64,000 nucleotides of DNA from an uncultured Candidatus Saccharibacteria bacterium (GTDB taxonomy: Bacteria; Patescibacteriota; Minisyncoccia; Phycocordibacterales; SBAW01), in NCBI GenBank assembly GCA_964420015.1, contig CAYQPO010000005.1:6523-70522 (forward strand). Reading direction: 5' to 3'. Under the pieces are notes generated by a model. The model worked only from the letters and a program-made list of their open reading frames with translations. It had not been told where the DNA came from and searched no databases. Below are positions 9,705-19,407 of the stretch, piece after piece (position 1 is the stretch's first letter; the number at the start of each line of letters is the position of its first letter). The position numbers and the translations under genes were made by a program.

Positions 9705-11234
9705 ATGTCACTTACTATAGTATTTCTGCTCTTAGCGGCAGCGGCCGCTGCGGGCATAGCGGTAGGCTTTTGGCTCCGGCTCTTGGTCCTGCGTGCGCGT
9801 AGAAACTCGCTCGAAATAGAGGTCCAAAAAATTCTCCTCAACGCACGCGAGGATGCTAAGCGCATTACCGAAGAGGCCGATGTAAAAGCTAAAGCAACAG
9901 CCACTGAGGCTGCCACTGTGCTCGCCGAAAAGGAGGACAAGATCGCCAAGCAGGAGGAGCGCATCTTTAAGCGCGAGGAAGCACTCGACAAAAAACAGAC
10001 CGAGCTCGACAAAGAGGTCGCCGAGGTCAAGACGAAGATCGAGGAGGTGCGCACGATTAAAGAGCGCGCTGAAGCGCTCATCGAGGAGCGCACGGGAGAG
10101 CTCGCCAAGGTGGCGGGCCTAAGCCGCGAGCAGGCCAAAGAGCAACTGCTCGCCGAGCTTGAGCGCGAGTCGGGAGACGATTTAATGATGCGGACCGCCA
10201 AGCTCGAGCGCGACGGCCTCGAGCGCCTCGAGCGCCGCGCGCGCGAGATTTTGACCACCGCGATCCACCGTTTGGGTAACTCGGTCGCCTCCGACACGAT
10301 GGCCACCGCGATCACCATCCCCAACGACGACTTGAAAGGCAAAATCATCGGCAAAGAGGGTCGCAATATCAAAGCCTTTGAGCGCGCCACCGGCGTTGAG
10401 GTAATCATCGACGACACTCCCGGCTCGATTGTGCTCTCCAGCTACGACCCGCTGCGCCGCGCGGTGGCGCGCGTGGCGCTCGAAAACCTCATCGTCGACG
10501 GCCGTATCCAACCTGCCAAAATTGAGGAGACGGTGGAGAAGGCTAAGCAAGAAGTCAACAAAATAATTAAGGAGAAGGCCGAGGCCGCGGCATTTGAGGT
10601 GGGCGTGCTCAACCTCGACCCGCGTTTGTTGATGATTTTAGGCCGACTCCACTTTCGCACCAGCTACGGTCAGTCGGTTTTGCAACACTCAGTTGAGATG
10701 GCACACATCGCCGGCATGATCGCCGAAGAGCTCGGCGCCAACCCGGCCGTGGCACGTGCTGGCGCACTTCTGCACGACATTGGCAAAGCCCTCGACCACG
10801 AGGTACAGGGCACGCACGTGGAGATCGGCCGGCGCATCTTGGCTAAGTTTGGCGTACAAGAGGAAGTGATCAAAGCGATGCAGGCCCACCACGAGGAGTA
10901 CCCGTACGAAACCCCCGAGAGCTACATCGTGCAGGTGGCCGACGCCATCTCCGGCGGGCGGCCTGGTGCACGCCGCGACTCAGTTGAGCAATACATCAAA
11001 CGCTTGGCTGACATTGAGCAGATCGCCAATAGTTTTGAGGGCGTAGAGAAGAGCTATGCGATTTCCGCAGGCCGCGAGGTGCGCGTGTTTGTAAAACCCG
11101 AGGTCACGAACGACTTTCAGGCGCGCGAACTGGCCCGCAACATCGCCTTGCGAATTGAACAAGAGCTCAAATACCCGGGCGAAATTAAGGTGATCGCCAT
11201 CCGCGAGACCCGCGCGATCGAGTTCGCTCGATAG
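9705..11234 (+). CDS. rny: ribonuclease Y
   Basis: N-terminal TM, coiled coil, KH (KGKIIGKEGRNI), HD (LLHDIGK); start moved to ATG 9705. Confidence 0.95.
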   Translation: MSLTIVFLLLAAAAAAGIAVGFWLRLLVLRARRNSLEIEVQKILLNAREDAKRITEEADVKAKATATEAATVLAEKEDKIAKQEERIFKREEALDKKQTELDKEVAEVKTKIEEVRTIKERAEALIEERTGELAKVAGLSREQAKEQLLAELERESGDDLMMRTAKLERDGLERLERRAREILTTAIHRLGNSVASDTMATAITIPNDDLKGKIIGKEGRNIKAFERATGVEVIIDDTPGSIVLSSYDPLRRAVARVALENLIVDGRIQPAKIEETVEKAKQEVNKIIKEKAEAAAFEVGVLNLDPRLLMILGRLHFRTSYGQSVLQHSVEMAHIAGMIAEELGANPAVARAGALLHDIGKALDHEVQGTHVEIGRRILAKFGVQEEVIKAMQAHHEEYPYETPESYIVQVADAISGGRPGARRDSVEQYIKRLADIEQIANSFEGVEKSYAISAGREVRVFVKPEVTNDFQARELARNIALRIEQELKYPGEIKVIAIRETRAIEFAR

Positions 11235-11295
11235 CTTGCGAAAATTAGCGCCCTCGCCTATTGTGGGAGCGGTATTCCAATCAAAGGAGAGGCGG

Positions 11296-11922
11296 GTGGA
11301 AAAGAGACCTTTAAGAAAGACGGTCATGGCGGTTCGAGTACCACCTGGCCCAGTTGAAACTGAGACGCTTTTGTTGGAAATGGTCCAGAAAGCTGCAGAA
11401 ATCAGCATCGTGGGCGAACTCGAGCTCAAAGTTGCCTACGCATCAAACGTCGCCGAGGACAACGATCTTGGCGTGATGTTGGTCAGGGTCAAAGATTCGG
11501 CCTCGGCGGCAATGAAACAACAAAAGGGTGCGGACTGTGCCATGAATCTGAGCATGTGGAACCCGCCCTTGGCTGGGCTCAAGATGCGCTACGCTTCAGC
11601 CTGCATTGTGGACAGATTCGGGAACATATACATGGCGGGGTACCCCGATCCAGCTACGCTGCGGATAAAGGGTTGGCGTATCGCCATCGGTCGTCACATG
11701 CCCGCAGCAACTGCTCTGGGTATGGGTGGTTTGCATGGGCAACCACAAGTCCTGATCGAAGACGAATTGAAGGACTGCCCGGGAGACTACCGAGAAATGG
11801 AAATGATTGTCGCGGCAGCGCTGGCACTACGGATCTATGCAAACCCGGGCGAGATCTCCGATGGTGACCCGTGGAAAAGGCTCAGTCAGCCAATCAGGAA
11901 GTCTAAAAAGACTAAAAAATAA
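11296..11922 (+). CDS. orphan hypothetical protein
   Basis: AAGGAG SD before GTG 11296; GCCCCGC-ttcg-GCGGGGC hairpin at 11936-11953. Confidence 0.65.
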   Translation: MEKRPLRKTVMAVRVPPGPVETETLLLEMVQKAAEISIVGELELKVAYASNVAEDNDLGVMLVRVKDSASAAMKQQKGADCAMNLSMWNPPLAGLKMRYASACIVDRFGNIYMAGYPDPATLRIKGWRIAIGRHMPAATALGMGGLHGQPQVLIEDELKDCPGDYREMEMIVAAALALRIYANPGEISDGDPWKRLSQPIRKSKKTKK

Positions 11923-12042
11923 ATTCGGGTTCGGGGCCCCGCTTCGGCGGGGCTATTTTTATCTAAAAAGCCAGGCCTTGCAAGGGTTTTTTCGGGGAGT
12001 ATACTAGCGACACAGGGTTTTTAGTAGCTAATTGCCCCAAGT

Positions 12043-12315
12043 ATGAACAAGCAGGACATTGCAGAGAAGGTGCACGGCGTCCTTGGCACCACCAAGGCCG
12101 ACGCAGAGCGCGCGGTTGAGGCGATGATCGACTCGATCGTGGGCGAGCTCAAGAAAGGCGGCGAGGTTTCTGTCGCTGGCCTCGGCATCTTCAAAACCAA
12201 GATGCGCGCAGCGCGCCAAGCGCGCAACCCGCGCACCGGTGCAACCGTGCAGGTCCCCTCGATGCGCGTGCCGAAGTTTCAACCGGCCAAAGCATTGAAG
12301 GAAGCGGTTAAGTAA
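12043..12315 (+). CDS. hup: HU family DNA-binding protein
   Basis: MNKQDI...GLGIF...ARNPRTG...PKFQPAKALKEAV. Confidence 0.95.
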   Translation: MNKQDIAEKVHGVLGTTKADAERAVEAMIDSIVGELKKGGEVSVAGLGIFKTKMRAARQARNPRTGATVQVPSMRVPKFQPAKALKEAVK

Positions 12316-12409
12316 GCTTCACAAAAGTTATTTGCTCCGGAGAGATAAACACGACCCCAACTCCTCCGCAAACAACTTTTGTTTCGCCGTTCGAAAGGAT
12401 CCTCTCGAA

Positions 12410-12442
12410 ACGAAAAAATCCCCCGTGGGGGATTTTTTCGTT
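12410..12442. terminator. intrinsic terminator
   Basis: CGAAAAAATCCCC / GGGGATTTTTTCG inverted repeat. Confidence 0.7.
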
Positions 12443-12560
12443 GTAGGGGGCCGAAGACTTGCATCTTGAGGGCAGTGAGTCTGCGGTCGAGCGCGACGGC
12501 GCGAGACTCAGCAAATTTCTAGCAGGAAATTTGCGGTGCCCGAAAGATATAAGTCTGAGG

Positions 12561-13322
12561 CTATTCAACTGCACTGAGTGGCACCCGAACCTCAAAACTC
12601 CCCACCGCATAGGCAGCCACTTGGTAAGGCGGTATCAAGACCACGAGTGTATCGCCATCCACCACAAAGGTGGAGTAGTTATCTTCAGTTGGCTTGAGCC
12701 CCTCACTAAAGAGGGCCTCTGAAACATCACTTATTTCGAGCCGTTGCTTGAGCTGTGCGGTTACGTCGGCCGTAACGATGGTGCTGAGTTTAGCAAGGTC
12801 GTTGCTCTTGATAATGTCGTAGATCGACACCGCCTTACCATTTTGGTCGAAGGTAAATGTCTTGAAGTAGATGTTGGGGTGCGCACCACCTGTGTCGGCA
12901 AAAATAGTGTAGGCGTACGAAACCGTGCCCGTTTGGGCCGATGAGTATGATTTATACGTTGCATCGAGCTCCAGCTTGTGCCCATCAGAGAGGCTTGGCA
13001 ACACCGTCGCGTCGAGGCCCGCAATGTTTTGTTTAAAGTCATCTACCTCGGCTTTGAGGGCTGTTTGGATATACTCCCGAGCTTTTTGGTCAGCAGTCGA
13101 ATTGGTAAGTGCCGTTTTGGCCGGGTAGAGGACACTCACCGTGTAGGTTGAACCGGACTCCGCATATTCTTTATTGCCGGTAGAAGTGGCCGAACCGCCC
13201 AACAGATCTTGTTCTTGAGTGGTTGTCGCTGTCGGTTGTGTTGGCCGCCCTGCCCAAAACTCATACCCGAACCCAAGCACCACCAATAGGATAACCGCGT
13301 AGAATAGTTTTTTATAATCCAT
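12561..13322 (-). CDS. DUF3298/RsiV-like membrane-anchored protein
   Basis: N-terminal TM, DTGGAHP and PPYQVAAYAVG motifs; start moved to ATG 13322. Confidence 0.8.
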   Translation of the reverse strand: MDYKKLFYAVILLVVLGFGYEFWAGRPTQPTATTTQEQDLLGGSATSTGNKEYAESGSTYTVSVLYPAKTALTNSTADQKAREYIQTALKAEVDDFKQNIAGLDATVLPSLSDGHKLELDATYKSYSSAQTGTVSYAYTIFADTGGAHPNIYFKTFTFDQNGKAVSIYDIIKSNDLAKLSTIVTADVTAQLKQRLEISDVSEALFSEGLKPTEDNYSTFVVDGDTLVVLIPPYQVAAYAVGSFEVRVPLSAVE

Positions 13323-13369
13323 CTCTGTACTATACAGGACGCACGTTTTGAGACACAATTACCAACATC

Positions 13370-13440
13370 GCGGGCGTGGTCTACCGGTATGACACCTGCC
13401 TTCCAAGCAGGTAGAGCGAGTTCGATTCTCGCCGCCCGCA
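13370..13440 (+). tRNA. tRNA-Gly(TCC)
   Basis: Cloverleaf; anticodon arm CCTGC-ctTCCaa-GCAGG; TTCGATT loop; no encoded CCA. Confidence 0.95.
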
Positions 13441-13441
13441 C

Positions 13442-14575
13442 ATGAATATCGTCGATCAAGTAATATCCTTCCTTGCTCATGCGCTGGTGGGCTTCATGAT
13501 GCTCGTCTCGCTCCTCTTGACCACAACGAGCACACAAGCCCCCACAGTCCGAACTCCAGCCGCGGCGCCCGCCCAACAAGCAGCCAGCTTCCCCACCGCA
13601 ACCTCAACTACAAACTCAGCGAAAGCAAAACCTGCCCCAACGAATGGTCTGGTTGAGCCGACACAGACGGCGACCCGAGGACCTGAGGCGGGGCAGGTTT
13701 TGCCCCCAACGCCCCTCAAGTCGCAAGAGCAAATCAACACCGAGACCCGCGCCGCGCTGGTCAACATTTTGTGCACCACCAAAGGCGGGGGCTATCTTGC
13801 GCCCATCTCGGGCTCGGGAGTTATTGTCGACAGCCGTGGGGTCATCCTCACTAACGCACATGTGGCGCAGTTCTTTTTGTTGCGCAATTACTACCAGCCC
13901 GACAACGTGCAGTGTGTGGTGCGCATGGGCTCGCCTGCCGAACCCTACTACACGGCTGAACTCCTCTACCTGCCGCCGAAGTGGGTAACCGACAACGCAT
14001 CGCAAATTGTCGCCGCGGAAGCCACCGGCACCGGCGAAAATGACTACGCATTTTTGCGCATCACCGGTGCGGTGGGTACGCGCACGCTGCCGAGCACTTT
14101 CCCGGCAGTGGTGATGGCGAGCAGCCCGCCGAGCTTGGGTGATGCGGCGCTTTTGGCCGCCTACCCTGCCGGCTATCTCGGGGGCGAAAACATTACCAAG
14201 AGTTTGTATCAAAGCTCGGCGGTGACCTATGTCTCTCAGCTCCTTTCGTTCGACGCCAGCAAAAATATAGACATGTTTTCTATAGGCGGCACCGTGGTCT
14301 CTCAAGCGGGCTCTAGTGGCGGGGCGGTGGTCTCGCTTTATAATGGTGCGCTCAAAGGGATCATCGCGGTTGAGACCATCTCCAACTCAACCGGCACGCG
14401 CGACCTGCAGGCCTTGAGCCTCGACTCGATCAACCGCGCGCTGCTTGGGCTTGGTCTCGGTGGCATCGCAGGAGTTTTGCAAGGCGACCTGGCAACCAAA
14501 GCAGCCGACTTTGCCCAAAACACCGCGCCCGGCGAAACCGCGCAGCTCACCGCCGCGCTCGATAAGGGGTATTAA
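13442..14575 (+). CDS. membrane-anchored trypsin-like serine protease
   Basis: SGSGVIV, TNAHV, NDYAFL, GSSGG triad motifs. Confidence 0.88.
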   Translation: MNIVDQVISFLAHALVGFMMLVSLLLTTTSTQAPTVRTPAAAPAQQAASFPTATSTTNSAKAKPAPTNGLVEPTQTATRGPEAGQVLPPTPLKSQEQINTETRAALVNILCTTKGGGYLAPISGSGVIVDSRGVILTNAHVAQFFLLRNYYQPDNVQCVVRMGSPAEPYYTAELLYLPPKWVTDNASQIVAAEATGTGENDYAFLRITGAVGTRTLPSTFPAVVMASSPPSLGDAALLAAYPAGYLGGENITKSLYQSSAVTYVSQLLSFDASKNIDMFSIGGTVVSQAGSSGGAVVSLYNGALKGIIAVETISNSTGTRDLQALSLDSINRALLGLGLGGIAGVLQGDLATKAADFAQNTAPGETAQLTAALDKGY

Positions 14576-14609
14576 AAAAACCGCCGCTTGGTAGCGACGG
14601 TTTGAGTTT

Positions 14610-15497
14610 TCAGATCGAGTGGCCAATCTCGGTGAGGATGCGAGCCAGAAATTTATGGGCCGGCTCTGTGGTGTCCCATATGGGAGCACCTTGTGATGTA
14701 CCGAGGACCTCCCTTCCGCGAGAGCAGGTGCCATCCGGAGAGAGCCTCACCAGATAGCCCTCTTGTTCGAGCGCATAGACTGCCACTTCGCGATAGAAGT
14801 TTTTTGTCTTGCGAGTCTTGAACACATCACTCAGAGCCACATGCACACCATACTTCTCTCCTTCGGCGATGAGTCGGAGGAGTGTGGCCTTGATCCATGC
14901 GTCGCTCATTGAATTTTTTTGGGTGCGAAAGTCGGTGTAGAGTCCGATCTCCCATTCCTCAACTGCGAGCTGCGCAAGGAGTTTAGGCATTCCCATAAGT
15001 TGTCTCTCTCGGTTAGGAAAGAGCACCGACGCCACGGTGAGTTCGCTCCCGAACCATCGCCGTGCCTCGCGGATACCCGCGAGTGTCTGTTCGTAACATC
15101 CTGGTACGCCGCGAAGCTTTTCATGCACGGCAGGGATATTGCTGTCGAGCGACACCGCGAGGATGTCGACCAAACCCGAAAGTTCTTGCGCCCGTTCGGC
15201 TAATAGTACTCCGTTAGTCACTAGTCGGGTCCCCAAATCTAGCGTGTCGGCCAAACCCAGCACCGACTTAGTAAGTTTCCACGTCTCGGGTAAGAGCGGT
15301 TCGTACCCTTGGACACTAAAGGTGCTTACCGGTAGGTGCGTCGCCGCTTCTTTTATGAAGCGGAGATAGTGGTCGTCTGTGAGCTTGCTCACTGTGGCCT
15401 CTCCGCGCTGTGCTATCGCGCAGAACGGACACTTGAGATTGCACCCGTTAGGCGCAGGTAACACAACCGTGAGTAACAAATCGTCGATACGGCTCAT
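14610..15497 (-). CDS. radical SAM protein
   Basis: CNLKCPFC motif, GYEPLL, VTNG, VSLD, HEKLRG; no C-terminal Cys cluster. Confidence 0.92.
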   Translation of the reverse strand: MSRIDDLLLTVVLPAPNGCNLKCPFCAIAQRGEATVSKLTDDHYLRFIKEAATHLPVSTFSVQGYEPLLPETWKLTKSVLGLADTLDLGTRLVTNGVLLAERAQELSGLVDILAVSLDSNIPAVHEKLRGVPGCYEQTLAGIREARRWFGSELTVASVLFPNRERQLMGMPKLLAQLAVEEWEIGLYTDFRTQKNSMSDAWIKATLLRLIAEGEKYGVHVALSDVFKTRKTKNFYREVAVYALEQEGYLVRLSPDGTCSRGREVLGTSQGAPIWDTTEPAHKFLARILTEIGHSI

Positions 15498-15552
15498 GAT
15501 CCTCTCCAGAAAAAATGGCGGAGGGATGCTCCGCCATAAGTTAGAAGGTGGA

Positions 15553-15675
15553 CTATTTCGGCTTCCGATATGTGGGCCTTGTGCGGCGAATCAGCCGACT
15601 GCTGATACCCGCGCCCGCCCTTGCGGCGACGACGGCCTTACGTTCGGATCCGACCCTCACTGCGACAGCAGCCAT
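15553..15675 (-). CDS. candidate 40-aa peptide MAAVAVRVGSERKAVVAARAGAGISSRLIRRTRPTYRKPK
   Basis: AGGAGG 5 nt before ATG; directly upstream of and co-oriented with the radical SAM gene; below the ORF-track cutoff. Confidence 0.6.
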   Translation of the reverse strand: MAAVAVRVGSERKAVVAARAGAGISSRLIRRTRPTYRKPK

Positions 15676-15845
15676 GGGTGCCTCCTAACCTATCCAGCGG
15701 GACCATCCCGTCGGTTCCGCTACCATTAAACGCTCATGGAAACCCTCCCGCTATAATTTGGGCCAATTGGAAGAAAAACCTTATTTTTCAATATATTTTG
15801 CTATAAAGTTTGACGAATATACTCGTCATATAGTAGGATTTCTGT

Positions 15846-16658
15846 ATGCAAGTCCAAAAGGCTGAACGCCGCCTGCTGGGGCTTAATAAGCGCGAAAGTG
15901 AACTTCTCAGCGCTCTTGAGCGCCTCAAAACTGCTTCGATGCAAGAGCTTGCAGATGAGCTGAAACTCCCTCGAACCAGCCTCTACTGGCCCCTGGATCA
16001 GCTTTATAAACGCAACCTAGTCGTTTACGAAAAAGTGGGTAAACGCAAGCGGTGGTACTCGCGCATGGGCGAGCTCCCGTTGCGCAAAAAGCTCGGCTCA
16101 CTCGAAACTGTGGCTGGCGACGTGCGCGTGGTAGAAGGAGTCGAGCAAATCAAAGAGCTCTACCGTCTTTCATTAGACCTCCACCCCACTGAACGTGTCT
16201 TAATTTTGGAAGGCACCGTGGCCGCAACCTCAATAGCCCGCAAAGGCGGCATAGACTTTCTCACCGAATATCACGAGCGCGCATATAAAAACAAAATCAT
16301 TGTCGAATCGATTTTTGGAGAGAAACTCTACGAAAATGTTTTGCGGATGATAGTTGACCCAAAGATAGTGCGGAGCCTCTCGCGCCTTAATACATGGATC
16401 GCCCATATCGTGCCCGAGGAATGGATGAATGTGGACGCGGCAGTGGTCCTTTTCAGAGAAACTGCGATCATCGCCGACTGGACAAAAACGCATGCGGTGC
16501 TCGTAAACAACCCTGAGATTGTTCGTTTGTTGCGGAACTTCTGCGAGGTCTTTCAACTCACCGGTCGCAAAGTAGATATCGTCTCCGAGATCCGCTCAGC
16601 GGTCGCAAAGAGCAGCTCAAACGCGCCAGCGGGCGAAGATGCCCAACCTAGAGAATAA
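15846..16658 (+). CDS. TrmB-family transcriptional regulator (2)
   Basis: LGLNKRE...LPRTSLY HTH; VEGVEQIKELY linker motif. Confidence 0.8.
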   Translation: MQVQKAERRLLGLNKRESELLSALERLKTASMQELADELKLPRTSLYWPLDQLYKRNLVVYEKVGKRKRWYSRMGELPLRKKLGSLETVAGDVRVVEGVEQIKELYRLSLDLHPTERVLILEGTVAATSIARKGGIDFLTEYHERAYKNKIIVESIFGEKLYENVLRMIVDPKIVRSLSRLNTWIAHIVPEEWMNVDAAVVLFRETAIIADWTKTHAVLVNNPEIVRLLRNFCEVFQLTGRKVDIVSEIRSAVAKSSSNAPAGEDAQPRE

Positions 16659-17466
16659 CCAAACTCGTCTCGGGCAACATACCGGGGTAGTCTATAAGCC
16701 TAGCGCTTGCAGGCAGATCTTCTTTAAAAATATAGTGGACCTTAAATTTGCTTGGGTCAGTCATAAATTCTTTGGTCCACGCTTGTGAGACCGCATAATT
16801 GCCGAGCATGTCGTAGACCACTCTCATTACTCGGTAATCTGGCTTAGACCACAGTGCATGAGTCGTTGGCTCCTCAACTAAAACGATCTTTTCGACCCCG
16901 ATGCATCGATTCAAAAACTCCGCAAGGGTTATACCAAGGTGATGAAACGACCAGCGACCAATTAATACCGTGGGTTTGGTGGTGTTGACAACCTCTTTGT
17001 AGTTTACTTCTGCATTTGGGTCGACCACTACCAGCTTCTTGTCTTTCATAAAAGAAGTCTCGCTACGAAAGTCGCCTATATCAATCCCGATCCATTCGAT
17101 TTTTATTTCAGGATAGAGCTCGGATAGTTTCTGCGCCACAGCGCGCTCAAAAACACTTTCATCTCCACACCCAAGACTCACCACCGCGACCTCTTGAGTA
17201 TTGAGAGTCCCGATCTCCTCACAAGCTTTTGCCACCCAATCGTCTTGGGCAAGTTTGTTTTGCTCAAAAATTGCATTCCTCAGTTGAGAAAACTCTGAGT
17301 CGTCGAGTTTAAACTTCTTTAGGGCTTCGACGCCATACTTTACAATTTCGTCGTTACTTTTTGCTTCAAAAGCCGCAGAGTCGACAAGATCCATCAAGCG
17401 CTGCAGCAGAATTACGCGGATATCGTCTCTTTTAACCCGCCAATATGTAAACGGATCGGTCTCCAT
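16648..17466 (-). CDS. class I SAM-dependent methyltransferase-like protein
   Basis: VSLGCG, IGIDI, SFHHL motifs. Confidence 0.6.
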   Translation of the reverse strand: METDPFTYWRVKRDDIRVILLQRLMDLVDSAAFEAKSNDEIVKYGVEALKKFKLDDSEFSQLRNAIFEQNKLAQDDWVAKACEEIGTLNTQEVAVVSLGCGDESVFERAVAQKLSELYPEIKIEWIGIDIGDFRSETSFMKDKKLVVVDPNAEVNYKEVVNTTKPTVLIGRWSFHHLGITLAEFLNRCIGVEKIVLVEEPTTHALWSKPDYRVMRVVYDMLGNYAVSQAWTKEFMTDPSKFKVHYIFKEDLPASARLIDYPGMLPETSLVIL

Positions 17467-17470
17467 TTAT

Positions 17471-18433
17471 TTACACTTTCCACCGCGCGAAGATGCCGCA
17501 AGGCAGTAATCTGCCTTGCCCTGAGCTTGTCGAAGGGCTCTCTTCAATAGCCAAGTCGCCATATTCGATCGAGCCCCCAAAATTTTTGGTAAGAAACTCA
17601 AGGTTGTAGGCGAACGCCAATGGCGAGTAACCGGCTGCGTAGCCGTTGATCAGCACAAACAGCGGCTGCTCGCTCAAAAGCTCGGGCAAAAGCTGCATCA
17701 ACTCCAAAAAGTCTTCCTCAATCTTCCACAACTCCCCTGCCGGGCCGTGGCCAAACGCGGGCGGGTCCATTACTACCGCGTCGTACTTCGTACCGCGTTT
17801 AATTTCGCGCTTTACAAACTTGAGCGCATCTTCGGTGATCCAGCGGATTGGTGCATCCTTCAAACCACTAAGTTCGGCATTTTGCCGCGCCCATGCGACC
17901 GCCGTCTTGCTCGCGTCGACATGCGTCACTTTTGCTCCCGTCTCACCCGTAGGGCTACGACCGAGGGCTTTAGCGGCCGCGAGCGTCGCCCCACCGGTGT
18001 AGCCAAATAAATTCAAGACACTCGGAGCAGATCCTTGTTGAGAAAAATGGTCTGGTTGAGGCGACAAGGACGCCGACCCGAGGAGCTTTTTCGACGCAAG
18101 GATCTGCGAAGCCCACTCCCAGTTCGAAAGTTGTTCGGGGAAGAGCCCCGTGTGTTTAAAACTCGTCGGCTTGATCAAAAACTGCAGACCGCCAAAACTA
18201 ATCCGCCACTCTTTTGGTAAATTCTGTTCTATCCACTCTCCTTCCCTCCCCTGTCGCTCAAAACGCCCTTGTGCTTTTTGCCACTCGCCTGCCCCAAGTC
18301 GCTTCTCCCACAGCGCTTGCGGGTCAGGCCTAGCCAAAAGCACATTGCCAAAGCGCTCGAGCTTTTCCTCCCGGCCAGAGTCGATGAGCTCATAGTCTGA
18401 GCTTGGTTTAGTGACTAATGTTTTTCTTTCCAT
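17471..18433 (-). CDS. class I SAM methyltransferase, RlmI/RlmK-like
   Basis: HTGLFPEQ, VLNLFGYTGG, HVDAS, DPPAFG. Confidence 0.88.
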   Translation of the reverse strand: MERKTLVTKPSSDYELIDSGREEKLERFGNVLLARPDPQALWEKRLGAGEWQKAQGRFERQGREGEWIEQNLPKEWRISFGGLQFLIKPTSFKHTGLFPEQLSNWEWASQILASKKLLGSASLSPQPDHFSQQGSAPSVLNLFGYTGGATLAAAKALGRSPTGETGAKVTHVDASKTAVAWARQNAELSGLKDAPIRWITEDALKFVKREIKRGTKYDAVVMDPPAFGHGPAGELWKIEEDFLELMQLLPELLSEQPLFVLINGYAAGYSPLAFAYNLEFLTKNFGGSIEYGDLAIEESPSTSSGQGRLLPCGIFARWKV

Positions 18434-18445
18434 ACTCTAAACTTG

Positions 18446-18516
18446 TCGGGGCGCCGAGAGTCGAACTCGGGCTAAATCCTCCCAAAGGACTCGTGCGACC
18501 GTTACACTACGCCCCG
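18446..18516 (-). tRNA. tRNA-Pro(TGG)
   Basis: CGGGGCG acceptor stem, anticodon loop ttTGGga, TTCGACT loop. Confidence 0.93.
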
Positions 18517-18577
18517 TGCCTGCACTGCGTAGCCTTGGCGAAACAGTGTCCTTTAGAATGTCCTTTACAAAACTTCG

Positions 18578-18946
18578 CTAAACAATGACATTCTCCAGTA
18601 CTTCTACTTTAGCCCGCCTGGTCGAAAAGTCCAAATAAACACAAGCAACATCGAGCTGCCACGGCGTTTCATCAGAAATTTTACGGTCCATAAGGTAGGT
18701 TTGGATTGCCCTATGGAGTCGCTTGATTTTGGCTGGATGTACGTTCTCTTCGGGCCTATAAGTTTCGCGTGAAACCGACTTAACTTCAACAAAATATAGC
18801 TTTTTCGCCTTCTCAGCTATGATGTCTATCTCACCCCACTTCCGTAAGTAATTACGTTCTACTATCCGAAATCCCTTTGATTCTAAGTATTTGCAAGCAA
18901 CCCCCTCTCCTATGTCTCCCAAAGCGCGTTTAGGAGTTTTGGCCAT
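18578..18946 (-). CDS. yraN: YraN family PD-(D/E)XK nuclease-like protein
   Basis: LGDIGE, RNY...GEIDII...FVEVK. Confidence 0.9.
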   Translation of the reverse strand: MAKTPKRALGDIGEGVACKYLESKGFRIVERNYLRKWGEIDIIAEKAKKLYFVEVKSVSRETYRPEENVHPAKIKRLHRAIQTYLMDRKISDETPWQLDVACVYLDFSTRRAKVEVLENVIV

Positions 18947-19178
18947 ACGATTAGTCTAGCGTATGGTTCACGTGTAACCTTATTTAACTAAGTTACTAAG
19001 TAACGTTCTTAGGCTAAAAAACTGAAAAAGACATTGAGGTGGCTCAATAAAGCCTTATTTTTATGTCCTTGAATCCACCTATCCCCAAAGTTATCCCCAT
19101 TATCCCCAAATTTTCCTTTGTTTAATAGGGTGGGAGCTGTCCACACTCTGGATGTCTTTTACTACCCGTGTTGCTGTG

Positions 19179-19250
19179 TGCGCTCGCCAGGACTCGAACC
19201 TGGAATAGCTGGTTCGAAGCCAGCCGTGATATCCATTTCACCACGAGCGC
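19179..19250 (-). tRNA. tRNA-Arg(TCG)
   Basis: Cloverleaf; GCTGG-ctTCGaa-CCAGC. Confidence 0.93.
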
Positions 19251-19328
19251 AAACGATAAACCGAACTATTTAATCCTACCAAGAAATCGTGGTATAGTCG
19301 TTCTGCAAAGCGATAATTTTTGCCATAG

Positions 19329-19399
19329 GCGGATATGGTTTAGTGGTAGAACGCGTCCTTGCCAAGGACGAGATCGGGGTTCGATTCCCCGTATCCGCA
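19329..19399 (+). tRNA. tRNA-Gly(GCC)
   Basis: Cloverleaf; CGTCC-ttGCCaa-GGACG. Confidence 0.95.
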
Positions 19400-19407
19400 C
19401 AGATGAC

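Noticed and set aside
14610-15497. Prokaryotic viperin call for the radical SAM protein
   Set aside because: Size and the lack of SPASM fit, but viperin-specific motifs were not recognisable and there is no defence-island context. An HMM test is needed.
19168-19407. N-terminal extension of cca in the ORF track
   Set aside because: It overlaps two tRNA genes; homology begins at ATG 19408.
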